Assembly: GCA_947383005.1 (NCBI GenBank)
Contig: CANDBT010000017.1
Location: 6,705-70,704, forward strand
Source: an uncultured bacterium
GTDB taxonomy: Bacteria > Bacillota > Clostridia > Lachnospirales > Lachnospiraceae
Direction: 5' to 3'
DNA length: 64,000 nt
In this document: positions 43,662 to 51,479 of the stretch, one piece after another
How positions within the stretch are numbered: the stretch's first letter is position 1
Layout: every line of letters begins with the position of its first letter
The notes under the pieces: model-generated
The model's database searches: none
Seen by the model: only the letters and a program-made list of their open reading frames with translations
Told to the model about the DNA's origin: nothing
Position numbers and translations under genes: made by a program

Positions 43662-45932
43662 ATGAGCAGTAAAAGAGAGACAGGAAATTCGATTTCTATT
43701 TTGTCGCCAGCCACTGGGAAAGCGGTTGCATTGGAACAGGTGCCCGATCCGGTATTTTCGCAGAAAATTATCGGCGACGGCATGGCAGTAATTCCCGAAG
43801 ATGGCAAAATTCTCAGCCCAATTACCGGCGAGGTAGCATCGGTAGCGGATACGCTTCATGCTTATGGTTTCCGTTCGGAGGATGGGCTGGAGCTGTTGGT
43901 GCATGTAGGTTTGGAAACCGTGGCTTTAAAAGGGGAATGTTTTAAAAGCCATGTGAAGGCCGGCGATAAGGTGAAGGCCGGCGATTTGGTTGCGGAAGTT
44001 GATTTACAGGCGCTGGCAGAGAAGAATATTAACCCGATTACTCCAGTGCTGGTCTGCGGCGGCATGGAAGGGAAAAGCTTGAACGGCCGGGAAGGTTCGG
44101 TAAGAGCAGGTCAGGATGCATTGATACAAGTGACAGAAAACGCGAAAGAAGTTCCGGGAGAAGAGGCCGGTAATAGCGGAGACAAAAAAGAAGCAAGTGT
44201 TGCCGGAACTTCAGAACAGAAAAAAAAGGAGAGCGAGGAAAAGAAGGAGGGTGGGGGAAAAGAGCCGGCAAAGAAAAAGAAACTGCCGATTGATTTTGAT
44301 TTCCTTCAAAAGCTGGGTAAGGTATTGATGGTGGTTATCGCTGTTATGCCGGCGGCCGGGCTGATGATCAGTTTGGGCAAATTGGTGCAGATGGCCGGCG
44401 TAGATGTGCATATGATTATGATGGTCGGCAGCACGATGGAAAATATCGGCTGGGCGGTAATCAATAACCTGCATATTTTGTTTGCTGTGGCTATCGGTGG
44501 TTCCTGGGCTAAGGAAAGGGCAGGCGGCGCTTTTGCGGCAGTGATTGCTTTTGTTTTGATCAACTGTATTACGGGAGCAATTTTCGGTGTTTCGGCAGAT
44601 ATGCTGAATGATGCAAATGCAGTAACCCATACGTTATTCGGGAAGGAAATTCTGGTGAACGGATATTTTACTTCCGTAATGGGTGCTCCTGCGCTCAATA
44701 TGGGTGTATTTGTGGGAATTATCGCTGGATTTACCGGCGGAATCGTTTATAATAAGTACTATAATTTCAGAAAACTTCCCGATGCTTTGGCGTTTTTTAA
44801 CGGGAAACGATTTGTCCCTATGGTGGTTATCGCCTGGTCGGTGGTGATTTCTATGGTGTTGGCTGTAGTATGGCCGGTAGTACAGTCTGGAATTAACGCT
44901 TTTGGTGTGTGGATTGCCAACTCTTCTTCCACCTCGCCGGTGCTGGCTCCGTTTATTTACGGTACATTGGAACGTTTGCTTCTGCCTTTTGGCCTGCATC
45001 ATATGTTGACTATCCCGATGAATTATACTTCTTTTGGCGGTACTTACACAATTCAGACGGGAATCAACGCCGGTTCCCAGGTGTTTGGGCAAGATCCGCT
45101 GTGGCTGGCTTGGGTTACTGACCTGATCAATTTTAAAGATGCAGGAGATATGGCTTCCTATACAAACCTGATGACTACGGTAACTCCCGCCCGTTTTAAG
45201 GTGGGGCAGATGATTGGCGCCACAGGGCTGCTCTTAGGTATTGCCTTGGCTATGTACCGCCGGGTGGATGCGGATAAAAAGGCACAATATCGTTCCATGT
45301 TTGTATCAACCGTACTCGCAGTATTTTTGACTGGTGTGACCGAGCCTCTGGAATTTATGTTTATGTTCTGTGCATTGCCTCTTTATGTGGTGTACGCGCT
45401 GCTCCAAGGTTGTGCTTTTGCTATGGCTGGTATTATCCATCTGCGGCTTCATTCTTTCGGCAACCTGGAATTTGTCACCCGTATTCCTATGTCGCTAAAG
45501 GCCGGACTGGCAGGGGATCTGGTCGGTTTTGTAATCTGTGTGGCGGCATTTTTCGCTATCGGATACCTGGTAGCTTATGTGATGATCGGCAAAATGCAGT
45601 TTGCGACTCCCGGACGCTTGGGGAATTATACCGATGAGAATGCCGAAGATGAGAGCGGTTCATCACGGCCATCCGGGGCTTCCGGCGGTTCGGGTAAAGG
45701 CAGCCAGGCAGAGCGTATCATTGCTTTGTTGGGCGGCAGGGAGAATATCACATTGGTAGACGCTTGTATGACCCGTCTGCGTGTGACCGTGAAAGACCCG
45801 TCCAAAGTGGCGGAAATTGCCGAGTGGAAGGCTGAAGGAGCATTGGGGCTTTTGAAGAAAGATAATGGCATCCAAGCTGTCTACGGCCCAAAAGCAGACG
45901 TACTAAAATCGGATATTAATGATATTTTATGA
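43662..45932 (+). CDS. PTS glucose-family transporter, fused EIIA-EIIC-EIIB (probable maltose/alpha-glucoside specificity)
   Basis: N-terminal EIIA-Glc (VPDPVFSQKIIGDGMAV...LLVHVGLETVAL), Lys/Glu-rich linker, EIIC core (about 10 TM, GITEP-like TGVTEPLEFMF), C-terminal EIIB (ITLVDACMTRLRVTV). Confidence 0.85.
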   Translation: MSSKRETGNSISILSPATGKAVALEQVPDPVFSQKIIGDGMAVIPEDGKILSPITGEVASVADTLHAYGFRSEDGLELLVHVGLETVALKGECFKSHVKAGDKVKAGDLVAEVDLQALAEKNINPITPVLVCGGMEGKSLNGREGSVRAGQDALIQVTENAKEVPGEEAGNSGDKKEASVAGTSEQKKKESEEKKEGGGKEPAKKKKLPIDFDFLQKLGKVLMVVIAVMPAAGLMISLGKLVQMAGVDVHMIMMVGSTMENIGWAVINNLHILFAVAIGGSWAKERAGGAFAAVIAFVLINCITGAIFGVSADMLNDANAVTHTLFGKEILVNGYFTSVMGAPALNMGVFVGIIAGFTGGIVYNKYYNFRKLPDALAFFNGKRFVPMVVIAWSVVISMVLAVVWPVVQSGINAFGVWIANSSSTSPVLAPFIYGTLERLLLPFGLHHMLTIPMNYTSFGGTYTIQTGINAGSQVFGQDPLWLAWVTDLINFKDAGDMASYTNLMTTVTPARFKVGQMIGATGLLLGIALAMYRRVDADKKAQYRSMFVSTVLAVFLTGVTEPLEFMFMFCALPLYVVYALLQGCAFAMAGIIHLRLHSFGNLEFVTRIPMSLKAGLAGDLVGFVICVAAFFAIGYLVAYVMIGKMQFATPGRLGNYTDENAEDESGSSRPSGASGGSGKGSQAERIIALLGGRENITLVDACMTRLRVTVKDPSKVAEIAEWKAEGALGLLKKDNGIQAVYGPKADVLKSDINDIL

Positions 45933-46047
45933 TGAAAGCGTTGCACAGCAGCCATGGCGACTGCAAGCTGGCTTGCGGTAAGCCATGGATATTGGGCAAC
46001 CAAGCCGTTATGAAATATAATATTTAACAAGAAAGTACGGAAAGTCT

Positions 46048-46983
46048 ATGAAAATAATGACATTGAATACCCACAGTTTGGTGGAGAAAAATTATGAACA
46101 AAAGCTGAAACAATTTGTCCGGGTGGTATGGGAAGAACGGCCGGATATCCTTGCCTTACAGGAGGTCAGCCAGTCGGCAGGGGAGTCGGCGCTTAGGCAG
46201 GACAGCCTGTCCGGACTGGTACCTTGTCCGGGTTTTGGCGGGACATTCAAAAAGGATAATCATGCGGCCAGGCTCGCCCGGATGCTGTCGGAGGCCGGGA
46301 TACCCTATTACTGGACTTGGGTTCCGGCAAAGTTAGGCTATGAAAAGTATGATGAGGGGTTGGCGGTTTTTAGCCGATATCCTATTCTTGAAGCCGATTC
46401 TTTCCAAATCAGCCGGTGCAGCGATTATCATAACTGGAAGACACGGCGTGTGCTGGGCATTCGCATAGACGGGCCGGACCCGGAGTGGTTTTATACGGTA
46501 CACATGGGCTGGTGGAAGGATGACGAGGAGCCTTTTGAGGCTCAGTGGAAACGGCTGGAAGACGGCTTGAAGGCACATATAAGCCAGGGAATCAGAGTAT
46601 GGCTGCTGGGAGACTTCAACAGTCCGGATAATATCCGTGGCCAGGGCTATGATTTGGTGAAAAAAAGCGGTTGGCTGGATACTTATGAGCTGGCAGCCCA
46701 AAAGGACAGAGGGGCTACGGTGGAAGAAGAGATTGACGGCTGGCGGGAAGATGAAAAAGAAGATGCCCAAAGCCAGGATGAAAATGGGGAAAATCAAGGG
46801 GGAAACGGCCAGGGGGACGTTAGTAGCCAGAAGGCAAAAGGAATGAAGGCTATGCGGATTGATTATATCTGGTGTAGCCGGCCGGCGGCCGTGCAAAGCT
46901 CCCAGGTGGTTTGTGATGGCAGGAAGTATCCCAAGGTATCCGATCATTATGGGGTGATGGTTCAGGTACAGGAAGAGGATTGA
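46048..46983 (+). CDS. mapP: Endonuclease/exonuclease/phosphatase-family protein, MapP-like (candidate maltose 6'-phosphate phosphatase)
   Basis: EEP signatures MTLNTHS, ILALQEVSQ, LLGDFNS, SDHYGV. Sits immediately after a maltose-type PTS gene, as in Enterococcus faecalis malT-mapP. Function is inferred from context. Confidence 0.62.
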   Translation: MKIMTLNTHSLVEKNYEQKLKQFVRVVWEERPDILALQEVSQSAGESALRQDSLSGLVPCPGFGGTFKKDNHAARLARMLSEAGIPYYWTWVPAKLGYEKYDEGLAVFSRYPILEADSFQISRCSDYHNWKTRRVLGIRIDGPDPEWFYTVHMGWWKDDEEPFEAQWKRLEDGLKAHISQGIRVWLLGDFNSPDNIRGQGYDLVKKSGWLDTYELAAQKDRGATVEEEIDGWREDEKEDAQSQDENGENQGGNGQGDVSSQKAKGMKAMRIDYIWCSRPAAVQSSQVVCDGRKYPKVSDHYGVMVQVQEED

Positions 46984-47051
46984 TAAAACGGAATTGCTGC
47001 ACAGTAAATCTCCATGCCTGCTATCCGGCACCATCATGAATGAAAGGGGAT

Positions 47052-47100
47052 TTACTGTGAGCTTCTGGCGGGCATTTTCTTGCCCGCCTGTATCAGACAG
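47052..47100. repeat. Hairpin repeat, family H (degenerate)
   Basis: TTACTGTGAGCTTCTGGCGGGCATTTTCTTGCCCGCCTGTATCAGACAG. Stem GGCGGGCA/TGCCCGCC. Confidence 0.5.
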
Positions 47101-47115
47101 AAAGGAGGATGAAAC

Positions 47116-48618
47116 ATGGACAGAGCGGCAGGGGTTTTATTGTCAGTGACCAGTTTGCCGTCAAAGTATGGTATTGGGGATTTTTCCCAAAGCGCTTATG
47201 ATTTTGTGGATTGGCTTAAGGAGGCAGGGCAGGGGTATTGGCAGATTCTTCCTCTTGGGCCTACCAGCTACGGGGATTCTCCTTATCAGTCTTTTTCGAC
47301 TTTTGCCGGCAATCCTTACTTTATCAGCTTGGAAAAGCTGATAGAGGAAGGTGTTTTGACTGAAAAGGAATGTGAGAAAGCGGATTTCGGTTCGGAGGCG
47401 GATTCGGTTGATTATGAAAAGTTGTATAAAAATCGGTATCCACTGTTGAGAAAGGCATATGAGCGCAGCAATATTCATGAAAATCAGGAATATCGCCGTT
47501 TTGTGGAGGAAAATAATTGGTGGCTTTCCGACTATGCGCTGTTTATGGCGGTCAAGGATAGATTTGACGGTGTGCCATGGACCGAGTGGGCGGAGGATAT
47601 CCGCCTGCGGTGGCAGAATGCCATGGATTATTACCAGCGGGAATTATATTTCGATATCGAGTTTCAGCAGTATCTTCAATTCCAGTTTTACCGCCAGTGG
47701 GCCGAATTGAAAGCCTATGCGAATGGGAAGGGAATCCGTATTATCGGCGATATTCCGATTTATGTGGCTATGGACAGTGCGGATGCGTGGGCGCATCCGG
47801 AGCTGTTCCAACTGGATGGAAATAATGTGCCGTTGGCGGTGGCCGGCTGCCCGCCGGATGGGTTTTCTGCTACAGGACAGCTTTGGGGGAATCCGTTGTA
47901 CCGTTGGGACTATCACAAGTCCACCGGGTATCAGTGGTGGCTTTCCCGGCTGGAATACTGCTTCCGCCTGTATGACGTTGTGCGGATAGATCATTTTCGC
48001 GGTTTTGACGAATATTATTCCATTCCTTACGGAGCAGAATCCGCCGTAGGCGGGCATTGGGAAAAAGGCCCGGGTATGGATCTGTTTCGCCGTGTTGAAG
48101 AGGTTCTGGGCCGGAGGCAGGTTATCGCGGAAGATTTGGGGTATGTGACCGATTCGGTCCGCCAATTAGTCAAAGACAGCGGTTTTCCGGGCATGAAGGT
48201 GCTGGAGTTTGCTTTTGACTCCCGCGATTCCGGTTGTGCGAATGATTATTTGCCTCATAATTATACGGAGGACTGTGTGACTTATACAGGAACTCATGAC
48301 AATGAAACGATTGTCGGCTGGTTTGACAGCATCACCAAAGAGGAGCAGATATTGGTGCGGGAGTATCTGTGTGACCACTATACGCCAAAGAAATATCTGT
48401 ACCGGCCGCTGATTAGCCTGATTATGGGCAGCAAAGCCCGGTTGTGTGTGATTCCTATGCAGGATTATCTGGGTTATGGGAATAAATGTCGGATGAATAA
48501 GCCTTCTACGGTGGGCATTAACTGGAAGTGGAGGCTGACAGAAGGGGAATTGACAAAGGAACTGCAGAAGGAGCTGTGCGCTTTGGCGAAACGATATGGA
48601 CGGATGAACATATCATAG
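47116..48618 (+). CDS. malQ: 4-alpha-glucanotransferase (amylomaltase, GH77)
   Basis: LPSKYGIGDF, ILPLGPTSYGDSPYQSFS, IIGDIPIYV, VRIDHFRGF, IAEDLG, YTGTHDN. Confidence 0.92.
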   Translation: MDRAAGVLLSVTSLPSKYGIGDFSQSAYDFVDWLKEAGQGYWQILPLGPTSYGDSPYQSFSTFAGNPYFISLEKLIEEGVLTEKECEKADFGSEADSVDYEKLYKNRYPLLRKAYERSNIHENQEYRRFVEENNWWLSDYALFMAVKDRFDGVPWTEWAEDIRLRWQNAMDYYQRELYFDIEFQQYLQFQFYRQWAELKAYANGKGIRIIGDIPIYVAMDSADAWAHPELFQLDGNNVPLAVAGCPPDGFSATGQLWGNPLYRWDYHKSTGYQWWLSRLEYCFRLYDVVRIDHFRGFDEYYSIPYGAESAVGGHWEKGPGMDLFRRVEEVLGRRQVIAEDLGYVTDSVRQLVKDSGFPGMKVLEFAFDSRDSGCANDYLPHNYTEDCVTYTGTHDNETIVGWFDSITKEEQILVREYLCDHYTPKKYLYRPLISLIMGSKARLCVIPMQDYLGYGNKCRMNKPSTVGINWKWRLTEGELTKELQKELCALAKRYGRMNIS

Positions 48619-48681
48619 AAAACAATCATATGGGTCGGTTTTTTGGCTATGGGGATTTTTGTATGCCGGAAGAAGATAAAA

Positions 48682-48717
48682 CTGTCGCTTAAATGCCCCT
48701 TAAGCGACGGTTTTGTT
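48682..48717 (+). terminator. 29-nt palindrome P1 (CTGTCGCTTAAATGCCCCTTAAGCGACGG) plus TTTTGTT: malQ terminator and left boundary of the Rpn cassette
   Basis: Stem GTCGCTTAA/TTAAGCGAC, loop ATGCCCC, then a T tract. An inverted copy lies at 50196..50224. Confidence 0.7.
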
Positions 48718-48813
48718 CCTCTATAAGAAACAGAAATTATAGCTTTTTTATTATAGCATAGTTGTTTTTTCTAATCAATAATATTTTTTTCGTTATATGT
48801 AAAAATTGAAGAC

Positions 48814-48978
48814 GCGGTTACTGTTCACAGGTACCCTGTAAACGTAACCGCATATGCCCATTTTCAATTGCCTTCGGCAATGGGGCATATGCTTTGCTCC
48901 CATAATGATATCCGCCCATGGCTAATCAGTGGAATGATTAGTCGTGGGCGGATATCATTATGGGAATAAAGCATATGC
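48814..48978. repeat. Nested-palindrome complex, family R, copy 2 (inverted relative to copy 1)
   Basis: GCGGTTACTGTTCACAGGTACCCTGTAAACGTAACCGC palindrome, GCATATGCCCA...TGGGGCATATGC hairpin, and a 19-bp perfect hairpin CCATAATGATATCCGCCCA/TGGGCGGATATCATTATGG. Confidence 0.75.
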
Positions 48979-49098
48979 AGAGATAATCAGCTACAACAAA
49001 AAGAATTTTGCGAGGGAACTTCAGAATGAGAGCTGGCAGCATGACAGGCAACAAAGCAGACTGAAACGGAGAGAGGAAGAAATTGAATGTGAATTTTA

Positions 49099-49127
49099 TT
49101 GTAAAGACGGGTGTTTTTTTGTATAAT
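49099..49127 (+). promoter_or_regulatory. Sigma-A-type promoter TTGTAA-N17-TATAAT for the Rpn-like gene
   Basis: Read directly, 67 nt upstream of the GTG at 49194. Confidence 0.5.
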
Positions 49128-49193
49128 TGAGGTGTAGCATGAGTAGCTATATTGTATCTTGTGCCACGGATTTTAAGAAATTGAGGTGATAAG

Positions 49194-50066
49194 GTGCCGG
49201 GCGATACAAAACAAGTGCAAGAGGTCATGGCAAAACGTAAAGCAAAAGACAGCGTATTTCTTGATCTTTTTCGGAATAAGAGTTATCTGCTAAAACTGTA
49301 TAGAACACTCCACCCAGAGGATACTACGGCAACAGAGGACTCCCTTACAGATGTGACAATCACAAATGTATTGACAGATAATCTGTATAATGATTTAGGC
49401 TTTATTGTTAATAATAAGCTGATGATACTTGTAGAAGCGCAATCTACATGGACAGCGAATATTCTGGTAAGGGTGTTGCTGTATCTGGCGCAAAGCTATC
49501 ACGAATATTTTCAGCGTACCTGCCAAAATTATTATAAAAGCAAGAAAGTAAAAATGCCGAAGCCCGAATTTTATGTGATTTTTACGGGAAACAAAGGGCG
49601 GAAACCCGATAAAATATCTCTGTCTAAAGAATTTTTCGAGGGAGTGGATATAGATATTGAGGTAAAAGCAAAGGTTATCTATGAAAGCGATACAGATGAC
49701 ATTATCAATCAGTACATCATTTTCTGCAAAGTTTTTAACGAGCAGACAAAACAGCATGGAATGACACAAAAGGCAGTTACGGAAACAATCCGCATATGCA
49801 AGGACAGGAATGTTTTAAGAGAATATCTGCTTGACAGGGAAAAGGAGGTTGTGACGATTATGATGAGTTTGTTTGATGATGAACAGATTATGAAGTCGTT
49901 CATAAGAAGTGAGCGACATGAAGCGGCACAGGAAAGCGCAAGGGAAACAGCAAAAAAATTGATAAAAAAAGGTAAAATGACACTTGATGAAATTGCGGAT
50001 TGTGTTCCATTATTGTCACTTGATGAATTAAAAGAAATTGAAGCTGAGGTTATGCAGTTAGCATAA
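49194..50066 (+). CDS. Rpn-family (YhgA/Transposase_31-like) PD-(D/E)XK recombination-promoting nuclease
   Basis: KDSVFLDLFRNKSYLLKLY parallels the DAVFKQFL N-terminus of E. coli Rpn proteins. NDLGFIV...LMILVEAQSTW...RVLLY fits the D...E-x-Q nuclease core. Helical C-terminal tail MTLDEIADCVPLSLDELKEIE. The start is either GTG 49194 (GAGGTG upstream) or ATG 49227. Confidence 0.65.
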   Translation: MPGDTKQVQEVMAKRKAKDSVFLDLFRNKSYLLKLYRTLHPEDTTATEDSLTDVTITNVLTDNLYNDLGFIVNNKLMILVEAQSTWTANILVRVLLYLAQSYHEYFQRTCQNYYKSKKVKMPKPEFYVIFTGNKGRKPDKISLSKEFFEGVDIDIEVKAKVIYESDTDDIINQYIIFCKVFNEQTKQHGMTQKAVTETIRICKDRNVLREYLLDREKEVVTIMMSLFDDEQIMKSFIRSERHEAAQESARETAKKLIKKGKMTLDEIADCVPLLSLDELKEIEAEVMQLA

Positions 50067-50106
50067 CCAATCAAGCCAATCAAAACCAAATATAGCAATA
50101 GCGTTG

Positions 50107-50141
50107 GAGCATATAGACGGAAATCTATATGCTCTATTTTT
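50107..50141 (+). terminator. Rho-independent terminator of the Rpn-like gene
   Basis: GAGCATATAG-acggaaat-CTATATGCTC followed by TATTTTT. Confidence 0.7.
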
Positions 50142-50195
50142 CGCCATAAAGGAGAGGACAGCCCTTTTGGCAGATAGTTTTCCCGGCGTTTTTTT

Positions 50196-50224
50196 CTGTC
50201 GCTTAAGGGGCATTTAGGCGACAG
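50196..50224 (-). repeat. 29-nt palindrome P2 (CTGTCGCTTAAGGGGCATTTAGGCGACAG), inverted copy of P1
   Basis: The reverse complement matches P1 at 27 of 29 positions, and the loop is inverted (GGGGCAT vs ATGCCCC), which fixes the relative orientation. Confidence 0.7.
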
Positions 50225-50274
50225 ATTGTCCAGCCAGTGGACAAAATCAAATCATTTTACAGGAGGATGGAGTA

Positions 50275-51078
50275 ATGAGAAAAGGTTTAAAGGTAATTCT
50301 TTTTACTGGGATTGTTGCCGGGCTGGCCGCAGGCAGCACTATGGTTTCTTTTGCCGGGACATGGAGGACTGGCGCCGGTGAGAACCAAAGCAAATGGTGG
50401 TATGATTTTGAAAACGGTTCTTATGCGGAAAACGGGTGGCAATGGATTGACGGGAATAATGACGGCGTTGCGGAGTGTTATTATTTTGACCAGTCAGGCT
50501 GGATGCTGGCAGGCACAACCACTCCTGATGGCTGTACGGTAAATGCAGATGGGGCGTGGACGGAAAACGGGGCTGTACAGACGAAAGCCGTGGAGACGCA
50601 GCCGGCAGCAGATACAGGTTCTTCCGGGCAGGATGGCCAGGCATCGGGAAGTGATTTTACCTGGATGCTTAATGCTGACGGAAGCTGCAATTATGATTTA
50701 TTTAACGCTGATTTTCAGGATTATTGGAACTGTATGAGTGCCACGGGAGCCTGGGAAAGCACCGGCGATCTGGAGGGTGAAGCCCTTATGAAGAAAATAG
50801 TTGAAATATGGGCTGAAAATTCGGAGAGAGGCGCTGCCTGGAAAACGTTGTTTGACCGGTATGCTATCCCCTATAATCTTGGAAGGAGCCGGACGGAAAA
50901 TGTTATCCGATTGACGACGCCTGCCGGAATGACTGCTGCTGAGGAATGCAGTTTTGGTATGGCAACAGATATGATGATCGAAATTAATAATGACGGTATG
51001 GCTGAGACTTCATGGGAATCTACATATAATGCAGATACGACGATCAGTATCGTCAGTAATGTCCAGTATATGGGATGA
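50275..51078 (+). CDS. Secreted protein with N-terminal cell-wall-binding repeats and an unassigned C-terminal domain
   Basis: Signal peptide MRKGLKVILFTGIVAGLAAGSTMVSFA. Repeats WWYDFENGSYAENGWQWIDGNNDGVAECYYFDQSGWML. RBS AGGAGGA. Confidence 0.62.
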   Translation: MRKGLKVILFTGIVAGLAAGSTMVSFAGTWRTGAGENQSKWWYDFENGSYAENGWQWIDGNNDGVAECYYFDQSGWMLAGTTTPDGCTVNADGAWTENGAVQTKAVETQPAADTGSSGQDGQASGSDFTWMLNADGSCNYDLFNADFQDYWNCMSATGAWESTGDLEGEALMKKIVEIWAENSERGAAWKTLFDRYAIPYNLGRSRTENVIRLTTPAGMTAAEECSFGMATDMMIEINNDGMAETSWESTYNADTTISIVSNVQYMG

Positions 51079-51155
51079 TACAGTTATGGGGCAAATCAAA
51101 AGAGCCGGGCTTTGATGGGAAGCCGGGCTTTTTTGCTGTAAATCTGCATGCACTG

Positions 51156-51219
51156 CTAGTACTACCTTGCGGAAATTTCAGTGAATTCGGCACTCGCTAT
51201 TTCCGCAATGCAGTACTAG
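51156..51219. repeat. Palindromic repeat family Z, full copy
   Basis: CTAGTACTACCTTGCGGAAATTTCAGTGAATTCGGCACTCGCTATTTCCGCAATGCAGTACTAG. Arms of about 20 nt. Confidence 0.7.
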
Positions 51220-51479
51220 CGTTTGGCAACCCGCAATCATCGCCGGAGCGCTGAACTTTCATAGCGATATTCGCTTAAACATGCGGATAACGTATTTTGC
51301 CAGTTTGTCTGGCCAGATAGGCGAGGATATGATATAATTCCGGATAACCGTTCGGGACGCGGTGGATATGGCATATTGGGCGTATTCCCGGAAGAACAAA
51401 GGGACTCTGCGCAGACCTACCGTGAGGATTCGGTATTCTCATAGTACATGTTAAGAAATCGGGAGGATATCATACAAAA

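Noticed and set aside
48944-49126. 60-aa ORF (MGGYHYGNKAYAEIISYNKKNF...) directly upstream of the Rpn-like gene, as a possible partner protein.
   Set aside because: Its GTG start lies inside the 19-bp perfect hairpin, it has no RBS, and it overlaps the predicted Rpn promoter. It is probably non-coding.
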